DNA of 64,000 bases from an uncultured Bacteroides sp. (GCA_963677945.1 OY782578.1:2011258-2075257); one strand, 5' to 3'. Shown: positions 40,427 to 49,820, numbered from the stretch's first letter. A program made the numbers and translations. The notes: generated by a model from the sequence alone, not told the origin.

Positions 40427-42508
40427 CTAATCTAACTCCTTGATAACTACGTTATAGACTGTTTTTCCTTTTACTCTTTTCCACTGATAATTAAGTGATT
40501 TCAAGTTCCTTCCCAGCTTAACGATCATCTTCTTACTAATAGCAATCCCCGTTTTACTTTTAATATATTCCGCTAGTTTTGCTGCAGAAAGGAAAATACC
40601 TTCCTCTTCACCTTCCGGTTTACGGTAATATTCATAGAAAAGTTCCATATCTGCATCAGTTTCCATGTAGTGTTGGTTGTGCTGCTCTACAATGCTATTT
40701 TCTTCTGAATTGAAGTAGTAACGGAATCCATTGAGAATCATGTTCCATGCCTGGGCATAGAGTTGCTTGTAATCTATGGTGAAATCGAAATTTATAGGAC
40801 CTGTTACTTCGTGGCATAGGTTACGACGGCTACCGGTGTAATCTCTCAGAATATCCATGTGATTGGTTGTTCCGAAGAAGGAAGCATGGCGCGTGAAATT
40901 TCGTGGGGGACGGTCCGGCGAGATGCGTATATTTATGTTGAACGTGGTGAACAACTCTTTTACCGTTTCCTGATCGTATCGCTGAATGGTATCCAGCTCG
41001 TCGATATTCAGGATGGCACTGGTGCTTAGCTTCATGCGGGTTGCATTGGCATTATTGGAAAATACGTTGGCATCGAAATGACTTTTGCGCCACTCGGGAG
41101 GTAACAGACGTTCCGGCCAGGTGGATTTTCCCATACCGTGTTTACCGCCAATCAATACCAGAATCTGATGATTAATTACTCGGTCGTTTATCAATGAAGC
41201 AACCAATGCCACGAACCATTTACGGAAGCACCATTCAAAATATTCGGGATCTTTGGTGGGTACGGTGGCTGCCACATCGGCAATATAGTCGTGCCCATCC
41301 CATTCGGTGAAGGGGACAAAGATAAAATCCTTGAAAGGGTGGTAGGAGGGGGTAAACTCGGAATCTACCATTGCCTTTACATCATTCAGGGTGCAGTTTA
41401 TTCCTTCTTTGTGTGCCCGGATATAAATGGTGTTGAGGTGATGATCGCGAAGCTCGGTCCACTCATGATTGGTATGATCGGCATAACGGAATTCAATGCC
41501 TTGTAGTATTACATTGCGGCGCAACATGAAGTTGCGTTTGATAAACTCTTCGAGCTGGTGTGTCTCTTTCTCCACTTTTGTCAGTCCGCTGTCAGTACCA
41601 AACGCATTTTCGTACTCTTTATATTTAATTCGGATGGTGCGGCGGAGGTCGTCGGCTGTAAAATTGTTTGTAATACAGCGTGGAAGTGCCAGTTTGGCTG
41701 TTTCGGCTTCAGGAAGTCCTGCCAGACAGCAAAAGTATGCCAAACCGTACACAAATTGTGACCGGTTTTCTTCCAGGAAAGATTCCTTGTTGAGTGTGTT
41801 AGAGTAAGCGCGGTCGAATGCTCTTTTTATTTCAAGATCCCGTGCTTCGCCAATTGGCAGATGTGCAAATGAAATGGGGTCTCCCTCCATGTTTCGGAGT
41901 AACTTTTCCGGTTTTTTCTCGTAATCCTTTTTGGTGGCTACCAGGAACACTTCTGCTTCAGAATTAAAGAATAATTGCGGATCGTAGGTGGCGGTGGTTA
42001 GTTGTGCCAGTGAGTGCGTACTTTTCTTAAAATCAGCGTATAAGCATGATTCGTAATAGATGCTGACAGTTGCAAATGCCTGCTCGTGAAACTGTGCAAT
42101 CTCTTCATTTGTCTGCGGTTGTGAATTATCCGGACGAGATACAGGAACAAGGATGATAATTTCTGTTCCGTCTGTATTTATGAAAGAGGCGAGGGTGTTG
42201 GGTTCTTTGGCTGCATTATCCCGAAGGGCTTCGGCTTGTTTCGGTTCCAGTTTTGTGCTGCAAAGCTGAACAATTCCGTTGTACTGCTCCATATTGGTTT
42301 TGGTACGTCCGCCATTGAAAGTGGCGCCAAATGTGAAAGAGGGGAGTTGCTCCCATGCTTTGGCTGTGTCTGTGCTGTTGTTTCGGATATCGTCAACGAG
42401 GCTTGCGTATTTTAAACTGCTGAAAGAGTTGATTACTTCTGTTATCGGACTGTTTTCAAGAAATGTAGGGCGGCCTTTATTTCCACCTTTGTAGTGTGAT
42501 ACATTCAT
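40427..42508 (-). CDS. BT4734-like N-terminal / VirE (VapE) P-loop ATPase / DUF3874-like protein (primase-helicase architecture)
   Basis: LPSFTFGATFNGGR...YNGIVQL (VirE_N), NRSQFVYGLA (PriCT-like), Walker A GKHGMGKST, Walker B ILNIDE, ASFFGTTN, TGSRR. Confidence 0.85.
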   Translation of the reverse strand: MNVSHYKGGNKGRPTFLENSPITEVINSFSSLKYASLVDDIRNNSTDTAKAWEQLPSFTFGATFNGGRTKTNMEQYNGIVQLCSTKLEPKQAEALRDNAAKEPNTLASFINTDGTEIIILVPVSRPDNSQPQTNEEIAQFHEQAFATVSIYYESCLYADFKKSTHSLAQLTTATYDPQLFFNSEAEVFLVATKKDYEKKPEKLLRNMEGDPISFAHLPIGEARDLEIKRAFDRAYSNTLNKESFLEENRSQFVYGLAYFCCLAGLPEAETAKLALPRCITNNFTADDLRRTIRIKYKEYENAFGTDSGLTKVEKETHQLEEFIKRNFMLRRNVILQGIEFRYADHTNHEWTELRDHHLNTIYIRAHKEGINCTLNDVKAMVDSEFTPSYHPFKDFIFVPFTEWDGHDYIADVAATVPTKDPEYFEWCFRKWFVALVASLINDRVINHQILVLIGGKHGMGKSTWPERLLPPEWRKSHFDANVFSNNANATRMKLSTSAILNIDELDTIQRYDQETVKELFTTFNINIRISPDRPPRNFTRHASFFGTTNHMDILRDYTGSRRNLCHEVTGPINFDFTIDYKQLYAQAWNMILNGFRYYFNSEENSIVEQHNQHYMETDADMELFYEYYRKPEGEEEGIFLSAAKLAEYIKSKTGIAISKKMIVKLGRNLKSLNYQWKRVKGKTVYNVVIKELD

Positions 42509-42551
42509 AGAGATTTGGTTTAAAATTTTGTATATATAGAATCTATTCTAT

Positions 42552-42567
42552 TACAAAAGTCGTGCCA
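42552..42567 (-). promoter_or_regulatory. Sigma54-like -24/-12 element upstream of the VirE gene
   Basis: Minus strand TGGCACGACTTTTGTA: the GG (42566) and the -13 G (42554) have canonical spacing, but -12 is T instead of C. Confidence 0.45.
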
Positions 42568-42712
42568 AACGTTTGAAAATTTAAAACTATATATTTAAAC
42601 AGATGTTGGATGGGTGAAATAGCGTGAAAATAAAAATCTTTCGATAAACAGTTGTTGTGAAACAACGTTTACCGAAAGATTTGCCTGGTTTGGTTAGGTA
42701 TAGTAAGTTCTT

Positions 42713-42958
42713 TTATTTTTTACCAGGTTTGTATTCTTCTATTTCGCCTTTAAAAACTTGATTCTGGCTATCTGTTCCGGAAGGTGCGCATCCACCTGCT
42801 CCACAACACGACAGGTTGAAGACTGCCTGCAGCAAAAATAATCCGGCTAGAAAAAAGAAACCGTAGTCTTTTGATACGATGGCGTATATGCTAAGTCCGA
42901 TACTTAGTATTAGACGGATGATACGACCGGAATTCCAATTCTTTAATAGATTATTCAT
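42713..42958 (-). CDS. Small membrane protein with a CC/GGC motif
   Basis: Likely start MNNLLKNW at 42958; two TM helices, LSCCGAGGC. Confidence 0.65.
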   Translation of the reverse strand: MNNLLKNWNSGRIIRLILSIGLSIYAIVSKDYGFFFLAGLFLLQAVFNLSCCGAGGCAPSGTDSQNQVFKGEIEEYKPGKK

Positions 42959-43160
42959 TGCTTTTCTCCTCTCTTTTAAAGATGCTAAACAATAGTCCTC
43001 CCATAACTGCACCCCACAATGAACTTAATAAGGGTGAGGAGGTGATAGGACAACTACCACTTGAACAGCCAATGTATAGCCAATACAGATAGCCTCCCAA
43101 AGCTCCGATTACCACTCCCAGCAATACGAGCCGATATTGTGTGAATATTTTTTTTATCAT
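42951..43160 (-). CDS. DUF6132-like small membrane protein
   Basis: GALGGYLYWLYIGCSSGSCPITSSP...GAVMGGL; overlaps the next gene. Confidence 0.75.
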   Translation of the reverse strand: MIKKIFTQYRLVLLGVVIGALGGYLYWLYIGCSSGSCPITSSPLLSSLWGAVMGGLLFSIFKREEKSNE

Positions 43161-43358
43161 TGTAAGCTGTATTAAGTTCTTTTGGTTTTAAATTTCCTAT
43201 GGAAATATATTCCTTAGGTGTTCGGCGCAAAGATATATATATTTTCTTATAAAACAAATTTCCTTTGGAAAATAATAGTGAAAAGATTTAAATTGAATAA
43301 AAAATAGTCTGGTAATATATATAATTGATGTGTGGAATATTGTTTGAGAGGTATGGGC

Positions 43359-43425
43359 AAAAAAAATGGTTGTCATCACGACAACCAATCTTTGTTAACC
43401 TTAAATCTAATACTATGAAAAACAC
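43359..43425 (-). ncRNA. Candidate trans-acting sRNA, FopS-like (anti-start-codon seed)
   Basis: TTTG (43457-43460)-N19-TAcaTTTG (43430-43437) promoter; body GUGUUUUUCAUAGUAUUAGAUUUAAGGUUAAC; terminator tggttgtc/gacaacca plus U8. Confidence 0.7.
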
Positions 43426-43530
43426 ATTACAAATGTACGACTTATAATTTAATTTGCAAACAAATGAAATAAAATCGGATGCTTTACAACATATTTTAAT
43501 AAATATTTGGTTCGGTTAAGTATATTGTCG

Positions 43531-43899
43531 TTATTTTTTCAATTTATTCTTTCCGTTACCCTCTTTATTTAAAATTATAGTGGTATTTTCGGTTGTGATC
43601 AGGCAGCCAGTGGGCAGGTAATCAAACCAGGGAAGTATTTTTTCGATAAAAGCATCAATCTTTTGAGATTCATCTATAATTTCCACTACAACAGGTAGTT
43701 TCTCTGTGATCTCCCAGAATTTAACCGAACGGATAATACTGCTTGATCCGTATCCCATAACTCCCTTTGTAACTGTTGCTCCGGCAAGTCCGTATCGTTT
43801 TGCTGCGAAAACAATTGTTTCGTAAAGAAGTGAATGCTTAAATTTATCTGTGTTGCTGGTAAATATCCGCAATAGCTTTGCTTCCCCTTTTATTTCCAT
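43531..43899 (-). CDS. DUF190 (PII-like) protein
   Basis: KLLRIF, LYETIV..A...GLAGATVTKGVMGYG, LPVVVEIID; directly downstream of crcB. Confidence 0.88.
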   Translation of the reverse strand: MEIKGEAKLLRIFTSNTDKFKHSLLYETIVFAAKRYGLAGATVTKGVMGYGSSSIIRSVKFWEITEKLPVVVEIIDESQKIDAFIEKILPWFDYLPTGCLITTENTTIILNKEGNGKNKLKK

Positions 43900-43901
43900 A
43901 T

Positions 43902-44279
43902 TCAAAATATTTTAGTGATTAGATTACCTAAATAGGTGGCTATTAATCCAAGGAAAATGCTGAGACTCGTGTAAAGTGCAAAATAGAAAAAGTTGCCATC
44001 TCTCAAAAGAGACATGTTTTCGCTGGCAAATGTTGAAAAGGTTGTAAACCCACCACAAAATCCGATAGTGAGAAATATCCGCAGTTCGTTATTTACCAGA
44101 TTGCCCCGTTCAAAAAGTCCATAAAACAGGCCAATAAGGAAACATCCTAATATATTCACAATAAATGTTCCGAATGGAAAGGATGAGAAGATGTTGTTTT
44201 GCATAGCTCTTGACAGGAGATAGCGTAATATTCCACCGATAAAACTTCCGGAACCAATGATGAATAATATTCTTATCAT
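43902..44279 (-). CDS. crcB: Fluoride efflux channel CrcB/FluC
   Basis: [35 protein letters not shown]. Confidence 0.96.
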   Translation of the reverse strand: MIRILFIIGSGSFIGGILRYLLSRAMQNNIFSSFPFGTFIVNILGCFLIGLFYGLFERGNLVNNELRIFLTIGFCGGFTTFSTFASENMSLLRDGNFFYFALYTSLSIFLGLIATYLGNLITKIF

Positions 44280-44367
44280 TTTGACTTTAGATTTTTGGTC
44301 TTTACAAATGTAAGAATAAGGAGGAATAAAATATAGTTTGCGGAAAGATATTTATTACTGAAAGTAA

Positions 44368-44405
44368 AAAAGTAAGGCACCTCAATAATGAAGTGCCTTA
44401 CTTTT
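44368..44405 (-). terminator. Terminator of the ffs-tRNA transcript
   Basis: aaaagtaaggcac / gtgccttactttt 13-bp stem followed by a U-run on the minus strand. Confidence 0.75.
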
Positions 44406-44406
44406 G

Positions 44407-44480
44407 AGCCTCTTGTCGGATTCGAACCAACGACCCCGAGATTACAAATCACGTGCTCTGGCCAACTGAGCTAAAGAGGC
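44407..44480 (-). tRNA. tRNA-Thr(UGU), copy 1
   Basis: GCCTCTT acceptor stem, D arm, loop TTTGTAA, GTTCGAATC; CCA not encoded. Confidence 0.96.
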
Positions 44481-44545
44481 GAAGATATATTTTTTTTTAT
44501 TTTTCATTTTTTAGGCACCTCAATAATGAAGTGCCTAATTTTTTG

Positions 44546-44619
44546 AGCCTCTTGTCGGATTCGAACCAACGACCCCGAGATTACAAATCACGTGCTCTGG
44601 CCAACTGAGCTAAAGAGGC
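44546..44619 (-). tRNA. tRNA-Thr(UGU), copy 2 (identical)
   Basis: Identical 74-nt sequence 139 bp away. Confidence 0.96.
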
Positions 44620-44621
44620 GG

Positions 44622-44721
44622 GTGGGTAAGCTTACTATATCGCGCCGCTACAACCAACTACCTTTGCTGCGATCAAGCCCTGGAGGATTTGTAGGGAGCT
44701 AGCCGTATAGGACTTACCCGG
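44622..44721 (-). ncRNA. ffs: Small SRP RNA (4.5S)
   Basis: About 100-nt single long hairpin closed by gggtaag/cttaccc, with a helix-8-like CAGG...AGCA motif; TAccTTTG promoter at 44725-44732. Confidence 0.8.
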
Positions 44722-44958
44722 GTGCAAAGGTAGATATTTTATTTTACCTTGCAATACCTCTCTGAAACTTTTTTTGGGAGGGATGGACTAAGCAGCTACT
44801 TTTCAGTTACTTAAAAGGACGAAAAAAAATCATTTTTTTTTGTGACAGGTAAGAAAGTAGATGGAAAGCCGGAATCTTTATACCATTTTAATAATTTTCA
44901 TTTCATTTCGTACTACTTCTTGATGTAAAAATAGTATTTTTGTGCACAAATATAAAAG

Positions 44959-45558
44959 ATGATAATGGAGAACAGAAGCTTTATGAATAAGTATGCCATG
45001 CAGTATGGCACTTACATGGGGATTTTTTGGATTATAAAATTTACTTTATTTCCGCTTGGGTTTTCGGTGCCTTTTCTGGAGCTTTTCTTTCTTATACTGA
45101 CATTACTGGTTCCTTTTGTAGGATATTATTTCACGAAAATATACCGGGACAGAATTTGCGGTGGATTTATGAGCTTTGGTCATGCATGGGTATTTGCTAC
45201 TTTTATGTATATGTTTAGTGCATTGCTTACGGCTGTGGGACACTTCGTTTATTTCAGATTCATGGATAATGGCTTTATAGCAACTTCTTATCTTGACATG
45301 CTTCATTCAGTAGATAAGAATCAGGCTGTTGCTGCAGGATTGGGTAGCTCGCTTAAGCAATTCGAAGAAACCATAAATGCACTTGGTAGTCTTCGCCCGA
45401 TTGAAATTACTATGCAATTGCTTTCACAAAATGTAATATATGGATCTTTACTGGCTCTTCCAACTGCTCTTTTCGTGAAAAAGAAGGCTGCTTTTCCTAT
45501 AGAGGATAGCGAGGAGGATAGTAAAGACGATAATAATCAAGACGAAAATAAAGAATAG
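44959..45558 (+). CDS. DUF4199-like membrane protein
   Basis: KYAMQYGTYMG, four TM helices, YVYFRFMD-like motif; first gene of the operon. Confidence 0.75.
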   Translation: MIMENRSFMNKYAMQYGTYMGIFWIIKFTLFPLGFSVPFLELFFLILTLLVPFVGYYFTKIYRDRICGGFMSFGHAWVFATFMYMFSALLTAVGHFVYFRFMDNGFIATSYLDMLHSVDKNQAVAAGLGSSLKQFEETINALGSLRPIEITMQLLSQNVIYGSLLALPTALFVKKKAAFPIEDSEEDSKDDNNQDENKE

Positions 45559-45562
45559 AAAT

Positions 45563-46513
45563 ATGGATATATCTGTAATAGTTCCGTTGTATAACGAAGA
45601 AGAATCTCTTCCAGAACTTTATGCATGGATTGATAGGGTGATGAAAGAAAACGATTTTTCTTATGAGGTGATCTTTGTAAATGATGGCAGTACCGATCGT
45701 TCATGGGATGTAATTGAAGAACTTAGTGCAAAGTCGGAAACTGTAAAAGGTATTAAATTCCGTCGTAATTATGGTAAGTCTCCTGCTTTGTTTTGTGGAT
45801 TTAAAAAAGCACAAGGGGATGTGGTAATTACAATGGATGCTGATTTGCAGGACAGTCCGGATGAAATTCCAGAACTTTACAGAATGATTACAGAGGAGAA
45901 TTATGACCTTGTTTCCGGATGGAAAGAAAAGAGATATGATCCGCTTTCAAAAACATTACCTACTAAGTTGTTCAATGCTACAGCCCGTTCTGTTTCGGGA
46001 GTTAAGAATCTGCATGATTTTAATTGCGGACTAAAGGCTTATAAAAAAGATGTTGTGAAGAATGTTGAAGTATATGGCGAAATGCACCGTTATATACCTT
46101 ATCTGGCAAAAAGTGCCGGCTTTACAAAAATAGGGGAGAAGGTGGTTCAGCATCAGGCTCGTAAATATGGCTCTACTAAATTTGGTATGAGCAGATTTGT
46201 GAATGGATACCTGGATTTACTTTCTTTGTGGTTCCTTTCTAAATTCGGGAAAAAGCCAATGCATATTTTTGGATTGCTGGGTTCATTGATGTTCTTCCTG
46301 GGTTTTATATCTGTTATAGTTGTGGGTGCGTCTAAACTTTACTCTATGTATTCAGGGTTAGAATACAGACTGGTAACTGAATCTCCTTATTTTTATCTGG
46401 CTCTTACCTGCATGATTATTGGTACTCAATTGTTCCTGGCCGGATTTGTAGGTGAACTTGTTACACGGAACGCTCCGGAACGTAATAATTACAAAGTAGA
46501 AAAAGAACTGTAA
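45563..46513 (+). CDS. GT2 glycosyltransferase (ArnC/polyprenol-phosphate type)
   Basis: VIVPLYNEEESL, VNDGSTD, RNYGKS, TMDADLQD, HDFNCGLKAY, two C-terminal TM helices. Confidence 0.93.
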   Translation: MDISVIVPLYNEEESLPELYAWIDRVMKENDFSYEVIFVNDGSTDRSWDVIEELSAKSETVKGIKFRRNYGKSPALFCGFKKAQGDVVITMDADLQDSPDEIPELYRMITEENYDLVSGWKEKRYDPLSKTLPTKLFNATARSVSGVKNLHDFNCGLKAYKKDVVKNVEVYGEMHRYIPYLAKSAGFTKIGEKVVQHQARKYGSTKFGMSRFVNGYLDLLSLWFLSKFGKKPMHIFGLLGSLMFFLGFISVIVVGASKLYSMYSGLEYRLVTESPYFYLALTCMIIGTQLFLAGFVGELVTRNAPERNNYKVEKEL

Positions 46514-46520
46514 AAACTGT

Positions 46521-47012
46521 TTGGCAAAAATTATGAGACATCTATTGAAACTCTTGTTTTTTACAGTATTTACTTGCTGTGCTGTAAGCCTCTTTATGGC
46601 ATGTGGTGAGGCTTCTGAGTCCTCAGTTGGACGTCTTTCGCCGCTATTTAAATTTGTGACTAAAAGTACGCTGAAAGAAAAATCGTTTGATTCGCTGACT
46701 GTGGTTGCTCTTAATACTGTTCGGGGTGACTCGATAATTATTGATAACGAAAAGACAGTTACTTCTGCCACTCTTCCACTTAGTTATGTTGATTCCAAAA
46801 CAGCACTGGTCTTTAAATATTCAAAAGATACGATTGATACGGTTTGGGTTACTCATACTAATACTGAGCATTTTATTTCTATGGATCGTGGGGTAGCTAT
46901 GTTTTATCATATAGACAAAGTGGAACACACCAAACATTTAATAGATTCTATCGCAATAGTAAATTCGGAAGTTAATATCAATGAAAAAGAAAATATTCGC
47001 ATCTATTATTAG
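46521..47012 (+). CDS. DUF6452-like lipoprotein
   Basis: Lipobox LFMAC; motif FISMDRG..FYHI. Confidence 0.65.
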   Translation: MAKIMRHLLKLLFFTVFTCCAVSLFMACGEASESSVGRLSPLFKFVTKSTLKEKSFDSLTVVALNTVRGDSIIIDNEKTVTSATLPLSYVDSKTALVFKYSKDTIDTVWVTHTNTEHFISMDRGVAMFYHIDKVEHTKHLIDSIAIVNSEVNINEKENIRIYY

Positions 47013-47697
47013 TGCACTTGCTTTATTCGTGGTCTCTTTTCCTGTTCTTGCTCAACAACAACAACAACGCCAAGTGCTGAGGAAAGGACAGAAGAAAGTA
47101 ATTAGTAAAATTCCTAAAGAGGTGTTGCCATTGTATAATGGTACTTTTGTTGGGGTTGACTTGTACGGAATAGGAAGCAAAGCGTTTGGAGGTGATTTTT
47201 TGAGTTCGGAGGTTAGTGTTGATGTAAATCTGAAGAACCGCTTTTTCCCGGTTGTGGAATTAGGCTATGGTAAAGTAGATAAAAATAATAATAATATTTC
47301 CTATAAATCGTCGGCACCATATTTCAGAATAGGTATGGATTACAACTTAATGTTCAAGAAAAAGAGCTTAAGTCATATGTATATTGGAGCTCGGTATGGC
47401 TTTACTGCTTTGAGCTATGATGTGAAAAGCACCGGACTTGATGATGATATCTATCCGGGAGAAGTGCCTTTTGAATACACCGGAGAGAAAACTACTGCTC
47501 ATTGGATGGAATTGGTTGGTGGTATCAGGGCTGAAGTATTTAAAAACGTTTTAATGGGATGGTCTTTGAGATACAAAGCTAAGATTAGCGTGAAAGATAA
47601 TGTTCATTCAACACCTTGGTACATTCCGGGGTTTGGAGAAAATAAGTCTTCAACCTTTGGGATTACATACTCTTTGATTTATAAGTTACCTTTTTAA
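46981..47697 (+). CDS. DUF6048-like outer-membrane beta-barrel protein
   Basis: Signal peptide, alternating beta strands, WYIPGFG, C-terminal YKLPF. Confidence 0.7.
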   Translation: MKKKIFASIISALALFVVSFPVLAQQQQQRQVLRKGQKKVISKIPKEVLPLYNGTFVGVDLYGIGSKAFGGDFLSSEVSVDVNLKNRFFPVVELGYGKVDKNNNNISYKSSAPYFRIGMDYNLMFKKKSLSHMYIGARYGFTALSYDVKSTGLDDDIYPGEVPFEYTGEKTTAHWMELVGGIRAEVFKNVLMGWSLRYKAKISVKDNVHSTPWYIPGFGENKSSTFGITYSLIYKLPF

Positions 47698-47699
47698 TA

Positions 47700-48272
47700 A
47701 TGACAAATTTAGAAAACTGGCTGCTTGCTGTGGGGCTGGCAATGGATTGCCTGGCTGTGTCAATAGCAAGTGGCATTATTTTTAAGAAAGTTCACTGGGG
47801 CAATATCCTTACGATGGCTTTCTTCTTTGGTTTTTTTCAGGCTTTAATGCCTTTTTTGGGATGGTTCGGTGCAAGTAGGTTCAGTCATTTGATAGAGAAT
47901 GTAGACCATTGGCTGGTTTTCCTTATTCTTGCTTTTCTTGGTGGAAGAATGATATGGGAATCGTTTAAAGACGAAGAGTGCAGGAGTGACTTTAATCCGG
48001 CTTGCTTAAAGGTTGTTTTTACATTGGCCATAGCAACTAGTCTGGATGCTCTTGCTGTGGGTGTGTCTTTCGCCTTTATGGGGATGAGAACCGTTAATAG
48101 CATTATTTCACCGATATTGATTATTGGTCTTGTTTCTTTTGTAATGTCTGTCTTTGGTTTGCTTTTCGGGATATTCTTTGGGTGCAAACACAATATGAGA
48201 GTGGAACTGTGGGGTGGACTTATATTGATTGGTATTGGAACAAAAGTGCTGATAGAACATCTTTGTTTATAA
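47700..48272 (+). CDS. mntP: Manganese efflux pump MntP family
   Basis: GLAMDCLAVS, FGFFQALMP, ATSLDALAVG, GGLILIGIG. Confidence 0.9.
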   Translation: MTNLENWLLAVGLAMDCLAVSIASGIIFKKVHWGNILTMAFFFGFFQALMPFLGWFGASRFSHLIENVDHWLVFLILAFLGGRMIWESFKDEECRSDFNPACLKVVFTLAIATSLDALAVGVSFAFMGMRTVNSIISPILIIGLVSFVMSVFGLLFGIFFGCKHNMRVELWGGLILIGIGTKVLIEHLCL

Positions 48273-48281
48273 ATGATATAA

Positions 48282-48322
48282 AAAAAATCCTGCTATAGAG
48301 AATATCTGTAGCAGGATTTTTT
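48282..48322. terminator. Bidirectional terminator mntP/panD
   Basis: aaaaaatcctgctataga / tctgtagcaggatttttt. Confidence 0.85.
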
Positions 48323-48347
48323 ATGCTATATAAATCAGGAATGTAAT

Positions 48348-48701
48348 TTATTCAACTAATTTATTGGTCATGGTGTCGGGGAAAACCACTGTCGGTTTAA
48401 AGCTTTTAGCTTCTTCAAAATCCATCATGGCATAAGACATGATAATAATGATATCTCCAACTTGTACCTTCCGGGCAGCTGCACCATTCAGGCAAATCTT
48501 ACCTGTACCACGTTCGCCTTTTATAATATAAGTTGAGAAACGTTCACCGTTATTGTTATCTACGATATGTACTCTCTCATTGGCGATGAGGTTGGCCGCA
48601 TCCATTAAATCTTCGTCAATTGTAATACTACCCATGTAATTTAAATCAGCCTCTGTTACACGTACACGGTGTAGCTTTGACTTCATTACTTCAATCATCA
48701 T
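48348..48701 (-). CDS. panD: Aspartate 1-decarboxylase
   Basis: [15 protein letters not shown] cleavage site, [15 protein letters not shown]. Confidence 0.98.
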   Translation of the reverse strand: MMIEVMKSKLHRVRVTEADLNYMGSITIDEDLMDAANLIANERVHIVDNNNGERFSTYIIKGERGTGKICLNGAAARKVQVGDIIIIMSYAMMDFEEAKSFKPTVVFPDTMTNKLVE

Positions 48702-48718
48702 AAGGTTGGTCTTTTTAA

Positions 48719-49567
48719 TTAAATCTCTTTATATTTTATGTTATCAATCAGTCGGACTTGTCCACAGAATACTGTGATGCAGCCCACTGCATAATTTGTA
48801 TCTGCCCAGTCTTTCAAGTCCTGTAATGTGTAACCATCAACAATCTTAAAATACTCCAGGCGTAGCCCTTGCTCAGCGGCAATAGATTCTTCTACGAAAC
48901 GAATTGTTTCACTCACTGAGTGATCTGCTGCAAAGGTACGACTTTTAAATAATGTTTGAGATATTTTTAATGCTATTTCACGTTCTTCAGTAGATAATAG
49001 TGAATTGCGGCTGCTTAAAGCCAGTCCGTCGTCTTCACGAATAATTGGACAGCCTACAATTTCTATATCAAAATTCAGCTGTTTAGTCATCTCACGAATG
49101 ATGGCCAGTTGCTGGAAATCTTTTTCGCCGAAGTATGCGCGGTTTGGTTTTACTGCATCAAAAAGTTTACTTACAATTTGTGCTACACCGTTAAAGTGTC
49201 CGGGACGGAAAGCTCCCTCCATAACTGTATCTAGCGGTGCAAAGCTGAATTGACGAGTATCTGGTTGCGGATACATTTCTTCTGCTGATGGCGCAAAAAC
49301 AAAAGAGCAGCCATTAGCTTCCAATAGTTTGCAGTCGGCATCCAGAGTACGCGGATATTTTATTAAATCATTCTTATCGTTGAACTGAGTGGGATTTACA
49401 AATACACTCACTACGGTTACATCATTTTCTTTTACGCAACGCTTTACTAATGAGGCATGCCCTGCATGTAAAGCGCCCATAGTAGGGACTAACCCAACCT
49501 TTTTACCCTGAGCTTTAAGTGCAGATAACTCTGACTGCAACTCATTGATAGTGTGTACAATTTTCAT
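48719..49567 (-). CDS. panC: Pantoate--beta-alanine ligase
   Basis: [50 protein letters not shown]; start MKIVHTI. Confidence 0.98.
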   Translation of the reverse strand: MKIVHTINELQSELSALKAQGKKVGLVPTMGALHAGHASLVKRCVKENDVTVVSVFVNPTQFNDKNDLIKYPRTLDADCKLLEANGCSFVFAPSAEEMYPQPDTRQFSFAPLDTVMEGAFRPGHFNGVAQIVSKLFDAVKPNRAYFGEKDFQQLAIIREMTKQLNFDIEIVGCPIIREDDGLALSSRNSLLSTEEREIALKISQTLFKSRTFAADHSVSETIRFVEESIAAEQGLRLEYFKIVDGYTLQDLKDWADTNYAVGCITVFCGQVRLIDNIKYKEI

Positions 49568-49820
49568 TTTTAATTTTAATTGTTTAATCTGTTGTTTTAA
49601 AAAACGGTGCAAAATAAGCTAATATTTATCACATAACGAAGAATTATTTAAAATTTATATAATGAAAAGATCTTGCTTGTTTTAATTTGATTTTAATGCT
49701 TATGTGTTGATTAATAGAAACTTAATAATTAGCGAGATGTTATTGAAGGATAAAACTTGCATAAATGCGCTTTTTTTTTTATATCTTTGCAGAATATTTA
49801 TGAGAAAGATAATAAAAAGA

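Noticed and set aside
43197-43388. 63-aa ORF from the track
   Set aside because: It starts inside the sRNA terminator hairpin, is low-complexity and AT-rich, and has no recognisable motif.
43415-43447. Plus-strand mini-ORF MKNTLQMYDL with a convincing leader
   Set aside because: It is the antisense image of the sRNA seed and promoter; the minus-strand promoter, body and terminator explain the sequence better.
44280-44370. Fluoride riboswitch upstream of crcB
   Set aside because: No GGNGAUG..-type aptamer is visible, and a TAcaTTTG element at 44305-44312 leaves only about 20 nt of leader.
44407-44619. Duplicated tRNA as attL/attR of an integrated element
   Set aside because: Both copies are full length and only 65 bp apart; I saw no tRNA 3'-end fragment at the far side of the 34-43 kb island and no integrase.
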